From NCBI GenBank assembly GCA_023898645.1, contig CP060232.1, positions 750,001 to 782,000 on the forward strand: a stretch of DNA of 32,000 nucleotides, written 5' to 3'. The DNA comes from Candidatus Saccharimonadota bacterium (GTDB lineage Bacteria > Patescibacteriota > Saccharimonadia > Saccharimonadales > Saccharimonadaceae). Each line of letters starts with the position of its first letter. The stretch's first letter is position 1. The notes under the pieces were generated by a model. It was given only the letters and a program-made list of their open reading frames with translations. It did no database searches and was not told where the DNA came from. Shown here piece after piece: positions 17,078-25,419 of the stretch. Made by a program: the position numbers and the translations under genes.

Positions 17078-18150
17078 GGCTCTTTTTCGACGCTCGGTTC
17101 ATACGAACCGATTTTCATGATGGCATCAGCCGTTATACCACGGAGCTCGGAAACGCACTCGCACGACACACGGCCGTCACGTTTATTATTTCCGATCATG
17201 CTCAGCTAAAATTTTTGCCCGAAAACGCTGAATACATCGAACTACACCCCGTTACTTCATGGCGCGAACCACTCTCAAGCTTGTGGCTCAATAAACACAA
17301 ACCCGACGTTGTCGTGTCGCCACTGCAGACAATCGGTACTGTTGGTCGCCGATTCAAGATGGTACTCACGCTGCACGACCTTATTTACTACAAACATCGC
17401 ACTCCGCCGCCGCAATACAATATCAGTCTGCGCCTTCTGTGGCGTCTATACCATCTGTCGTATGTACCGCAGCGATTCACGCTCAATGGCGCCGATATCG
17501 TCGCCACGGTGAGCGATACGAGCAAAAAAGAAATCCTCGAAGCCCACCTGACCAAACGCCCTATCATAGTAGTGCCAAATGCCGCGCGCGACCTGGCAGA
17601 ATTATTAAGCCAGCCCGTCACGCAAGGGGAAAAAGCGCCACGCAATCTCGTATACATGGGGTCGTTCATACCGTACAAAAACGCCGAGACGCTCATCAAA
17701 TCCCTCGCGTTCCTCACACCGAAGCGCACGTTGCATCTACTCAGTCGCATATCACCAGCCCGCAAGGCACAACTAACGAAATTGATTCCCGACGGTGCCA
17801 ACGCGGTCTTTCATGGCGGCGTCAGCGACGAAGACTATGCCAAATTACTAGCCGACGACGCAATCATGGTCAGTGCCTCCAAGGCCGAAGGCTACGGCCT
17901 GCCGCTTGCCGAAGCCCTGAAGCTCGGCGTACCGGCGGTTGTCAGCGACATGGAGATATTTCGAGAGGTGGCTGGCGACGGCGCATTGTACGCCGACCCG
18001 GACAGTCCGCAAGATTTCGCCGCCAAAATTGCTTCGCTCAACAGCCAAAAACACCGCGAACAAATCGTCGCGGCGGGGCAGAAACACATTGCCAAATACA
18101 GCTGGGATGATTCAGCAAAGACACTGCTAGACGCAGTTGAAAAACTTTGA
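17074..18150 (+). CDS. GT4-family glycosyltransferase
   Basis: 358 aa. MRLFFDARFIRTDFHDGISRYT N-terminus and a SKAEGYGLPLAEALKLGVP motif. Confidence 0.88.
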   Translation: MRLFFDARFIRTDFHDGISRYTTELGNALARHTAVTFIISDHAQLKFLPENAEYIELHPVTSWREPLSSLWLNKHKPDVVVSPLQTIGTVGRRFKMVLTLHDLIYYKHRTPPPQYNISLRLLWRLYHLSYVPQRFTLNGADIVATVSDTSKKEILEAHLTKRPIIVVPNAARDLAELLSQPVTQGEKAPRNLVYMGSFIPYKNAETLIKSLAFLTPKRTLHLLSRISPARKAQLTKLIPDGANAVFHGGVSDEDYAKLLADDAIMVSASKAEGYGLPLAEALKLGVPAVVSDMEIFREVAGDGALYADPDSPQDFAAKIASLNSQKHREQIVAAGQKHIAKYSWDDSAKTLLDAVEKL

Positions 18151-18158
18151 AAAAGTAA

Positions 18159-18184
18159 ATGCCCCCGATCGAAATCGGGGGCAT
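18159..18184. terminator. bidirectional terminator hairpin between convergent genes
   Basis: Perfect 11-bp stem ATGCCCCCGAT / ATCGGGGGCAT with loop CGAA. There is a T-run on the minus-strand side. Confidence 0.7.
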
Positions 18185-18196
18185 TCACACCTTTAA

Positions 18197-19132
18197 CTAC
18201 TTTGATTCCCTGAAACACCACGAAAGGTTCTTACCAACCTTGCTACGCCACAGCTTTGGCATCTGGGCGTACGCGTCGTGCGGTGACTTAACCTCGACGG
18301 CGTTAAATGGCACCCTGGCTTTAGAAGCAGCATTGCGCCATTTCCGAGCCTCTTTAGGTTGCTGAACAGTCACGTTATCCAACGTACAGCAGTAATACTG
18401 AACGTACGAGAAATTTCGCAACTTCTCAGGCGTGACCTTGGTGGCACTCATGTGGGCTGTCTGACGAAACAACGTCGTAAAGACGGCATATCCCGCCATG
18501 TCTTTTCGCGCCTTGTCTTGGATGGCTTTTTTATTCAGGCCATCTTCGATCTCGTCGTCCTTCGGCAGCGCGCCTTCGTTCATCCGCTTGGCAATCGGCA
18601 TAAGCACCAGATTCAGTAACGTAATGCCGACAAAACCCAACGGAATCAACCAGCGACCATACCGAACGACTGGCCCCAGTATCTTTCCGGGACCTTTGAG
18701 GTTGCTAGAGCCGGCAATGCCGTCGAACACAATCAGACCCGGTTTGATGTCGGGTGCGATTTCGTGTAGGCGTTCGCCGACGTCCAACGACACTGAGCCG
18801 CCCAAAGATGATGCGACGAGCACGATGTCTCCCGCGTCATACTGCCGTCTATCCTCAACGATGCGTTGAGCGAGTACGTGCTTATTCATACTGGGGGAGT
18901 AGAACCACTTGCCCCAGTTAACATAGATCAGACGACCCCATTGCGACAAAATCGGACGAAGCGGACTGATCTGATTTTTGGCCTCAGCCAAAACGCCGGG
19001 GATGACATATAAACGGCGTTCACCGTCCTTCAGTAGACCGTCCGGCTGGATATTCAGTCCACCCCATGCGATTATCCGCGCAACGATATCGAGCCCCCAA
19101 AGGACCACGACCGTAACCCACAACCACGACAC
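18197..19132 (-). CDS. hypothetical membrane-anchored protein, possibly alpha/beta-hydrolase-like
   Basis: 311 aa. N-terminal TM helix. VLVASSLGGS resembles a nucleophile elbow. The functional call is weak. Confidence 0.7.
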   Translation of the reverse strand: MSWLWVTVVVLWGLDIVARIIAWGGLNIQPDGLLKDGERRLYVIPGVLAEAKNQISPLRPILSQWGRLIYVNWGKWFYSPSMNKHVLAQRIVEDRRQYDAGDIVLVASSLGGSVSLDVGERLHEIAPDIKPGLIVFDGIAGSSNLKGPGKILGPVVRYGRWLIPLGFVGITLLNLVLMPIAKRMNEGALPKDDEIEDGLNKKAIQDKARKDMAGYAVFTTLFRQTAHMSATKVTPEKLRNFSYVQYYCCTLDNVTVQQPKEARKWRNAASKARVPFNAVEVKSPHDAYAQMPKLWRSKVGKNLSWCFRESK

Positions 19133-19262
19133 AGGTCACCCCTTTCAGGTGAGTAGTTTTTAAGATGCGAGTTAAGCAAAGATAAGTATTCGCTTAATAA
19201 GTTATTTATAGCATAAATTTAGATATTTTTCAAGCTAGCTCGTTAATCGAGAATGGTTTGCT

Positions 19263-19970
19263 CTATGCGCTAATCGTCGTGCCGATAGATTCGCCAGCAA
19301 CTGCGCGAGCAATATTACCCTCGGTCAAAAGTTCGAAGACGACAATTGATTGTCCATGGTCTTCAGCAAGCGCGATGGCAGAGTTATCCATCACCTTGAT
19401 ATCAGGTTTTTCAACAGCCTCACGAAGAGTAAGATGATCGTATTTTTTAGCGTCGGGGTTTTTATGTGGATCACTGTCATAAACACCGTCGACTTTCGTC
19501 GCCTTGAGTATTACGTCGCATTCTAGCTCCAGTGCCATAATTACAGCTGCAGTGTCTGTCGTCACAAATGGACGGCCAGAACCACCACCGATAACCACCA
19601 CGCGGCCCTTCTCGAGATGGCTCAGCGCTCGTCGGTGAGTGAACTGATCAGCCACTTGGTCTGTCTTAATATTCGTAAGCGTTCGAGCTGGTAGTCCTTC
19701 GGCGTTAAAAATATCTTGCAACGCAACAGCATTAATAAGCGTCGCCAACATACCCATATTGTGCGCAGTTGGGCTCTGAAGCCCGTTGCCTTCAACTTGT
19801 GCACCGCGCACATAGTTGCCGCCACCAATCATCAGTACTATCTGCGTACCGTTGCCGTGCGCTTTTTTTATTTCATCAGCAATCCAAACAACTCGTTCGG
19901 CATCGAACCCAGCGTCGTGCTGCCCCTGCAGCTGCTCGCCAGAAAGTTTGAGTAAGACTCGTTTATACAT
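19263..19970 (-). CDS. pyrH: UMP kinase
   Basis: MYKRVLLKLSGEQL N-terminus and GGGN motif, with full-length similarity. Confidence 0.95.
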   Translation of the reverse strand: MYKRVLLKLSGEQLQGQHDAGFDAERVVWIADEIKKAHGNGTQIVLMIGGGNYVRGAQVEGNGLQSPTAHNMGMLATLINAVALQDIFNAEGLPARTLTNIKTDQVADQFTHRRALSHLEKGRVVVIGGGSGRPFVTTDTAAVIMALELECDVILKATKVDGVYDSDPHKNPDAKKYDHLTLREAVEKPDIKVMDNSAIALAEDHGQSIVVFELLTEGNIARAVAGESIGTTISA

Positions 19971-19981
19971 CCTTACCAGTA

Positions 19982-19987
19982 TATAAT
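19982..19987 (+). promoter_or_regulatory. -10 box TATAAT 8 nt before the smpB ATG (leaderless-type start)
   Basis: Read directly from the sequence. There is no SD between the box and the ATG at 19996. Confidence 0.4.
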
Positions 19988-19995
19988 AAAATCAT

Positions 19996-20472
19996 ATGTC
20001 TGCCAAAAAGCCAGTCAAGAAGAAACCAAGTGCCATAGTTAACCGTCGAGCACGGTTTGATTATGCGTTGGGAGACGAACTGACGGCGGGACTTTCACTG
20101 ACCGGTCCCGAAGTCCGTGCTGCCCGTGACGGGCACGTGCAGCTCAAAGGCTCCTACGTACAACTGCGTAATGGCGAGCTCTGGTTGCAAGGCGCCAGCT
20201 TTAGCTTGCAACTTAACGAACGAGGCAAACCAGGCGCGCGCGCCATCGACACCGAACCACGCAAGCTTCTCGTGCACCGCAAACAAATTGAAGCCCTCGA
20301 AGCAAGCAAGGCTCAGGGCAACACCATCGTGCCACTTAGGCTCCAAACCGGAGGCCGCTTCATAAAACTCGTCATCGCAGTGGGCAAGGGCAAGAAAAAT
20401 TACGACAAGCGTGAAACACTCAAACGCCGCGACCAAGAACGCGAAGCGCATCGAGCAATCAAGTCAGCTTAA
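19996..20472 (+). CDS. smpB: SsrA-binding protein
   Basis: 158 aa. NRRARFDY and LTGPEV..L.G..V motifs, and a basic C-terminal tail. Confidence 0.95.
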   Translation: MSAKKPVKKKPSAIVNRRARFDYALGDELTAGLSLTGPEVRAARDGHVQLKGSYVQLRNGELWLQGASFSLQLNERGKPGARAIDTEPRKLLVHRKQIEALEASKAQGNTIVPLRLQTGGRFIKLVIAVGKGKKNYDKRETLKRRDQEREAHRAIKSA

Positions 20473-20539
20473 AGCTTATTTAAAAAAAGCCATTTATATG
20501 GTATAACTATGTATGTCCTGTTGTTGCATAGGAGGCACC

Positions 20540-20629
20540 ATGACTTACGTGATTTGCGGTATCTTTTTAGGGATGACCGGCTTACTCGTACACCTCGTGA
20601 ACGTCCATAATCAACACATCAAGAAGTGA
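20540..20629 (+). CDS. hypothetical 29-aa hydrophobic peptide (MTYVICGIFLGMTGLLVHLVNVHNQHIKK)
   Basis: AGGAGG at 20530-20535 lies 4 nt before the ATG. A GC-rich hairpin follows at about 20646-20673. The ORF is below the track's size cut-off. Confidence 0.3.
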   Translation: MTYVICGIFLGMTGLLVHLVNVHNQHIKK

Positions 20630-20726
20630 CACCGGTCACACATCACCCCCGTATCGCTTATGGCGTGCGGGGGCTTTACTTAGTTACGAAAGTGACCGTC
20701 TCAATATCAAATGCTACACTAAATAC

Positions 20727-21524
20727 ATGAAAATCTACTCTTGGAACGTCAACGGCATTCGTGCCGTGGTAAACAAAGGCGCCTTTGCTGAATTTATCGC
20801 CAAGCATCAACCGGACATCCTTTGTCTACAAGAAACCAAAGCCAAACAAGGCCAGGCCGAAATTGATCTGCCCGACTACGAAGAATACTGGAACAGCGCC
20901 GATAAACCTGGCTACAGTGGCACTGCGATATTCAGCAAAATCAAACCGCTATCTGTCGTATACGGCTTCGCCGACGATATCGCCGCCAAATACAATCTGG
21001 CCAGCGATGGCTATGGCGACCCGACCAAAGAGGGCAGGGTAATCAGCGCCGAGTTCGACGATTTTTGGATAGTGACCGTTTATACGCCCAACAGCAAGGG
21101 CGACTTGTCGCGACTTGAGCTGCGACACGATAAGTGGGACCCAGCATTCCTGGAACACGTCAAAGAACTAGAAAAATCCAAACCGGTACTATTTTGTGGC
21201 GACCTGAACGTTGCCTACGCCGAAGATGACCTGGCAAACCCTAAGCAAAACGTTGGCAAGCACGGCTTTACCGACGAAGAGCGCGCTGGCTTCCAAAAGT
21301 TCCTGGACGCTGGTTTCGTAGACACCTTTCGCAAATTCACTCCAACTGGCAACGGCCACTACACCTGGTGGACACACTGGGCCAACGCTCGCGCCCGCAA
21401 TGTCGGCTGGCGTATCGACTACTGGCTAGTGAGCAAAAGCATTGCCGACCGCGTACAATCTGCCGCTATCCATGCCGACCAAATGGGCTCCGACCATTGT
21501 CCGGTAAGCATTGAGATTTCGTAA
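20727..21524 (+). CDS. xth: exodeoxyribonuclease III (AP endonuclease)
   Basis: MKIYSWNVNGIRA, LCLQETK and a C-terminal SDHCPV motif. Confidence 0.95.
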   Translation: MKIYSWNVNGIRAVVNKGAFAEFIAKHQPDILCLQETKAKQGQAEIDLPDYEEYWNSADKPGYSGTAIFSKIKPLSVVYGFADDIAAKYNLASDGYGDPTKEGRVISAEFDDFWIVTVYTPNSKGDLSRLELRHDKWDPAFLEHVKELEKSKPVLFCGDLNVAYAEDDLANPKQNVGKHGFTDEERAGFQKFLDAGFVDTFRKFTPTGNGHYTWWTHWANARARNVGWRIDYWLVSKSIADRVQSAAIHADQMGSDHCPVSIEIS

Positions 21525-21595
21525 TTTTAATGTTATAAATACATACATTCGAACTTCGAAGAACCTTATAGGGTAGTAGCAGAACGGAAAGCAAC

Positions 21596-21805
21596 ATGTA
21601 TGAGCAAGCGCTTGAAGGCAAAGCTGTCGTAGAAGAACAGCGTGGCCAATGGGCAGTGTATGTGATTGTGAAGTTTCAAGACGAAACCCACATCGGCTAT
21701 ATCAACACGTTCATCCACCGTCACGTAGCAGAATTCGCCGCAAAGGTAATCACTACCGCGATGAACCGGACCGATCTGAGAGAAAGAGGCCCAATAGACT
21801 ACTAA
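21596..21805 (+). CDS. hypothetical 69-aa protein
   Basis: ORF followed by the long terminator hairpin. No family recognised. Confidence 0.5.
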   Translation: MYEQALEGKAVVEEQRGQWAVYVIVKFQDETHIGYINTFIHRHVAEFAAKVITTAMNRTDLRERGPIDY

Positions 21806-21832
21806 GCCTTTAATGTCGGGTTAGCACAGCAC

Positions 21833-21892
21833 TCGTCACTCATAACTGACTCGGCGCTACACGCCATCAGTTCACTGAGTGACGATTTTTTA
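21833..21892 (+). terminator. long imperfect hairpin plus T6 terminator
   Basis: Outer stem 21833-21842/21876-21885, middle stem 21844-21849/21867-21872, inner stem 21853-21856/21862-21865, then ATTTTTT. Confidence 0.75.
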
Positions 21893-22009
21893 TGCATCAT
21901 CGCATCTGGCTTGCGTTGAAGTCATCTATATATATGTTATAGTTTTCGAACTAACCAACTTGTTAACTATTGTTGGCGCACCTACGAATTGGAAAGAGTA
22001 TCAAACAAA

Positions 22010-22396
22010 ATGTCGAAAATACGTACATTTTTCCGCGTGAATTTTATCGCAAGGGTAGAGCAGCGCCACGTCAAAACAATGTACACGCTGTCAGGAATAG
22101 CAGTATTTTTATTGTTCCTGCCTCTCGCATTGGCAATGTACGGCTTTTTCTCTGGCATCTTACTGCACACGTGGTTTCTTTGGACGCTCATGTCAGCGCT
22201 GGCAATAACAGCCCTTGCTTCATTTTCAGTCGAATGGCTGATCAAGCCACCGCGCGACGAGAGCCGCCCAATTATCGAGACAAAATCTCTGTTACCCGAT
22301 AAAAATGCATCGATAATCGTACCGCCCGTAGCTATAGGTGGCAGCATCACCATGTGGCCGAATGCCTGGGCTCGCAAACTAGAAGATTCCAATTAA
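22010..22396 (+). CDS. hypothetical membrane protein (2 TM helices)
   Basis: Hydrophobic helices (IAVFLLFLPLALAMYGFFSGILL, WTLMSALAITALASF). A terminator follows directly. I prefer the ATG at 22010. The track start at 21989 is TTG. Confidence 0.6.
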   Translation: MSKIRTFFRVNFIARVEQRHVKTMYTLSGIAVFLLFLPLALAMYGFFSGILLHTWFLWTLMSALAITALASFSVEWLIKPPRDESRPIIETKSLLPDKNASIIVPPVAIGGSITMWPNAWARKLEDSN

Positions 22397-22400
22397 CAAT

Positions 22401-22431
22401 ATGCCACCCGGCATCACTGGGTGGCATTTTC
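22401..22431 (+). terminator. intrinsic terminator
   Basis: 9-bp stem ATGCCACCC / GGGTGGCAT followed by TTTT. Confidence 0.75.
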
Positions 22432-22464
22432 ATTTGTTATACTATGTGGAACACAGGAGGAACT

Positions 22465-23259
22465 ATGGACTTACAGCAACGACTGGATCAGCTAACGACC
22501 GACCGAAACAATTACGAATGCAAGGACAAAGAACGCAACAGGGGCAAACATGTCATTGCGCTACTCGGAGCTTCTGCCGTAGGTAAATCAACCATCATCG
22601 GAGCCTGCAAAGAACGAGCGTTTGACTGGGGAATCGAATCGATTGCAGAGGCCGGCACGACTGGCACACGAGCCCCACGCCCTGGCGATCCGTCAAATTA
22701 CAACATGGGCGTCCCGCGCGAAGAAGCTATAGACATGATCGAGCAGGGCGAGCCCGCCAATTGGTCGCTCATGCCCACGGGTGAAATTTACCTCACATTA
22801 CCAAGTGATTTTCCGGCCCAATACAACTTCATGGCTTGCTTGCCTGACAGCATACCCATGCTTAAACGAGCCGGTTTTGACAAAATACACTCCATATACG
22901 TCGTTACAGAAGTGGACGCATGGGTTGATCAGCTTGCAAGCAGGCTTTACACTGCCGACACCATAAGCCTACCCGAAGAAGAGCGTCAATACCGTCCAGA
23001 TGCTCTCGGGCGAGTAGAGGAGGCTATATCGTCTCTCGAGTACGCCATGTCCACCTGCTCAATTCTGAAAATATCAAACACCCCTGGCGAAGAGGCTCTA
23101 ACAAAAACAGCAGATGCAATTTTAGCAACAGCCAAAGGTCTATCCGTTGTCTATGCCATCAATACTTCACAGTTGGACATGTTCGAAAAAAACGCACGTG
23201 AAATGTACAGTCGCGCAATCGACATCGCTTATAAAATCCGAGTCGCGACGCAAAAGTAG
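22465..23259 (+). CDS. guanylate-kinase-like P-loop kinase
   Basis: Walker A GASAVGKST and TGTRAPRPGD (compare Gmk TTRxPRxGE). TATACT and an AGGAGG SD lie upstream of ATG 22465. The longer track start spans the terminator and is rejected. Confidence 0.75.
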   Translation: MDLQQRLDQLTTDRNNYECKDKERNRGKHVIALLGASAVGKSTIIGACKERAFDWGIESIAEAGTTGTRAPRPGDPSNYNMGVPREEAIDMIEQGEPANWSLMPTGEIYLTLPSDFPAQYNFMACLPDSIPMLKRAGFDKIHSIYVVTEVDAWVDQLASRLYTADTISLPEEERQYRPDALGRVEEAISSLEYAMSTCSILKISNTPGEEALTKTADAILATAKGLSVVYAINTSQLDMFEKNAREMYSRAIDIAYKIRVATQK

Positions 23260-24071
23260 TGCCTCTGCATTACAATAGTCGTATGCAACAGTTTACGTAC
23301 TGGAAACAACAGACACCCGGTAAGGCACTTTTTCCTGATATCGAGTGGAACAAACCCGAGCAACGTACACATGCAGGCAAACTTGGTATCATCGGCGGCA
23401 ACAAACTCGGCTTCGTGGCCGTAGGCGACGCCTACGGAATCGCCACCAGTGCCGGAGTGGGGCAGGTGCGCGTGTTACTTCCTGACATGCTCAAAAAATC
23501 CGTTCCGCCGCTCATCACCGACGTCATTTATGGCGCCAGCAATCCATCCGGCAGCCTTGCGCGCGAGGCAAGTACGGAAATGCACGTTCTCGGTGCCTGG
23601 GCCGACAGTGTACTGCTCATTGGCGACGCTGGTCGCAACTCCGAGACGGCCATAGTCTATGAAGACTTCATCCGCAACTATAGTGGCATGCTCACCATTA
23701 CCCGCGACGCCGTCGACCTGCTTCTCAACGCGCCCGAAGCGCTCGTCGAACGCGACCGCACACTACTCGTCGTATCATTCGCTCAACTGCAAAAACTCTT
23801 TACTAAAGTGTATTATCCTAAAGTTCTGACATTTAGCATGCAGCTGCAGCAGCTCGTCGAAACTCTGCATAAATTCACCATCACATACCCCATCACGGTC
23901 GCTACATTTCATCAGGAACACGTAGTTGTTGCTAGCGCCGGACAAGTAACGACGACGCCATGGGAAAACCCTATGAGCATCTGGAAGGGAGCTGTCGCTA
24001 CAAATGCAGCCGCTTACTGGCTCTGGAATCCGAAAAAACCTCTTGAAGCGGTAACCGCCAGTCTCGTATAA
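23259..24071 (+). CDS. YjeF C-terminal-like (NAD(P)HX dehydratase / carbohydrate kinase fold) protein, divergent
   Basis: HAGKLGIIGGNKLGFVAVGDAYGIATSAGVGQVRV resembles the YjeF_C N-terminal block. I did not see the C-terminal GGxGD motif. The start is GTG 23259 or ATG 23283. Confidence 0.6.
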   Translation: MPLHYNSRMQQFTYWKQQTPGKALFPDIEWNKPEQRTHAGKLGIIGGNKLGFVAVGDAYGIATSAGVGQVRVLLPDMLKKSVPPLITDVIYGASNPSGSLAREASTEMHVLGAWADSVLLIGDAGRNSETAIVYEDFIRNYSGMLTITRDAVDLLLNAPEALVERDRTLLVVSFAQLQKLFTKVYYPKVLTFSMQLQQLVETLHKFTITYPITVATFHQEHVVVASAGQVTTTPWENPMSIWKGAVATNAAAYWLWNPKKPLEAVTASLV

Positions 24072-24080
24072 ATAAAATCA

Positions 24081-24108
24081 CCCCCGACCCGCAATTGCGG
24101 GCCAGGGG
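24081..24108. terminator. GC-rich hairpin between convergent genes
   Basis: CCCC..CCCGCAATTGCGGG..GGGG nested palindrome. A T-run lies on the minus-strand side. Confidence 0.55.
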
Positions 24109-24128
24109 ATGTAAGGCAGGACAGTTCA

Positions 24129-24422
24129 TCAAGCGGCGGCGCGCTGCTCGATCAAATAAACGAGCCAGTCACGCTCACTGTCAGCGATACCGCCAACCAA
24201 CGGAAGCCTCGCTTCAACTTTTTCCAACTTCTGGGCTGGAGTCAGTAGCAGTGATTCGGTCATGATGCGAGCAACAGTTGACGCTTTGTCGGCCTGGCGT
24301 TGACACCAGTATTGCTGTGCACATTCATGTGCATAGCCCGTTGCGTGACGACGGCTGAACCAGCCCGGCTGCGCATTCTTGCTGGCTGGGCGCTCAACCC
24401 TAATCGATTTGTCCTTAGCCAC
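24129..24422 (-). CDS. hypothetical 97-aa protein
   Basis: GTG at 24422 lies 6 nt after AAGGAG (24429-24434). The longer ATG form in the track lacks an SD. Confidence 0.5.
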   Translation of the reverse strand: MAKDKSIRVERPASKNAQPGWFSRRHATGYAHECAQQYWCQRQADKASTVARIMTESLLLTPAQKLEKVEARLPLVGGIADSERDWLVYLIEQRAAA

Positions 24423-24548
24423 AAGGTACTCCTTTGTCGAAGGTATCAGCTCAACATGAGCCTTGACAGAAAACAGCCGTATCCGGCTGCCTGATATTAC
24501 TATGGCATAAATAGTATTATAAGTCAATCAATTTATCCGGATATAAAA

Positions 24549-24576
24549 AGCCCCAGGCACCAAGGTACCGGGGGCT
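24549..24576 (-). terminator. intrinsic terminator after the 126-aa gene
   Basis: AGCCCC..GGGGCT stem, followed on the minus strand by TTTTTATAT. Confidence 0.65.
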
Positions 24577-24596
24577 GTTGCACCGCTTTTCTCAAA

Positions 24597-24977
24597 TCAG
24601 GTCTTCTTTGAAAGTTCGAGCTCTAGCAACTCCGCAAAATTGCAGACCAAGCCGATCACATCTTTGTTGTCACATGACTGACACAATCGAACATCAGAAG
24701 TACGAGCGAGACTAACGACTTCTACATCATAGTAGAGTCTGTAAAGTCCAAACCATTCGTAGCCCTCAGTGGTGATCAAAAGATTGAGCTTTTCTTTTAA
24801 ACCTCGTCGTCCAATCCTGTACAGGTCACCGTTCTCGTATCGACGCTCCTGGTAGTAATTATCCATACCGTCGTCGCCATATTGCTTGAGAATCTGCGTG
24901 ACTGCATCCATTATTCGTTTGCCAGAGACTCCCGAATTTACACGAACCTTCTTCAAGGCAATAGGGAAATCGCACAT
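24597..24977 (-). CDS. hypothetical 126-aa protein
   Basis: ORF with a TAAGGA SD-like sequence upstream and a terminator downstream. No family recognised. Confidence 0.6.
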   Translation of the reverse strand: MCDFPIALKKVRVNSGVSGKRIMDAVTQILKQYGDDGMDNYYQERRYENGDLYRIGRRGLKEKLNLLITTEGYEWFGLYRLYYDVEVVSLARTSDVRLCQSCDNKDVIGLVCNFAELLELELSKKT

Positions 24978-25197
24978 ATCATGTCCTTACTTGTCGAGCG
25001 GCACTCCACAGAGCAAACTACTCTGCTGGTGGTGGAATTTTACAATAAAAGTTTAACTACGTCAAAACAAAAAGACTTCCATGAAGTCCTTTCTCGTGAC
25101 ACTATCGATTGAATTTGTATGAACGCCTGTTAAGAATTCAGATCATCTTGGTCGCACGACAGCTGCAAGGCAACTGACTGACGTAAAATCCCATTCC

Positions 25198-25284
25198 TGG
25201 TACCGCGGGCCGGACTTGAACCGGCACGTCCTTGCGAACACCAGATTTTGAGTCTAGCGCGTCTACCAATTCCGCCACCGCGGC
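25198..25284 (-). tRNA. tRNA-Leu (anticodon CAA), class II with long variable arm, CCA encoded
   Basis: The reverse complement reads GCCGCGGUGGCGGAAUUGGUAGACGCGCUAGACUCAAAAUCUGGUGUUCGCAAGGACGUGCCGGUUCAAGUCCGGCCCGCGGUACCA. The cloverleaf folds by hand, and the D-arm is identical to E. coli tRNA-Leu. Confidence 0.92.
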
Positions 25285-25321
25285 ACAAGGCATGGGATTT
25301 TCATGACTGTAGAAAATTGTT

Positions 25322-25340
25322 TACCAATTCCGCCACCGCG
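25322..25340 (-). repeat. 19-nt duplicate of tRNA-Leu positions 3-21 (acceptor 5' strand + D-arm), upstream of the tRNA
   Basis: TACCAATTCCGCCACCGCG occurs at 25264-25282 (inside the tRNA) and again at 25322-25340. Confidence 0.8.
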
Positions 25341-25419
25341 TCATGTGCTAAGCAAAAGAGTTATATCTTCTACTAGTTCGGTGTATATTGTATACTAATC
25401 TCTGTAGGGAAGCTAGTCA

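Noticed and set aside
17439-18110. 223-aa Arg-rich + strand ORF in an alternative frame of the GT4 gene.
   Set aside because: It is a low-complexity Arg/Gln/Pro translation of an off-frame. The 17074..18150 frame carries the GT4 motifs.
20473-20726. tmRNA (ssrA) might be expected next to smpB.
   Set aside because: The spacer is only about 250 nt. It lacks a tRNA-Ala-like acceptor/T-arm 3' end (..GGTTCGAATCC..CCA) and a tag reading frame. No tmRNA was seen anywhere in the window.
21970-22392. Competing ORFs 21970..22302 (+) and 21982..22392 (-) over the same region.
   Set aside because: The 22010..22396 frame has clear TM helices and ends 4 nt before a terminator. The others lack any signal.
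24555-24576. GGTACCGGGGGC resembles the tRNA-Leu 3' end (GGTACCGCGGGCC) and might be an att-site duplicate that delimits an island.
   Set aside because: The similarity covers only about 12 nt, and the sequence is fully explained as one arm of a terminator hairpin.
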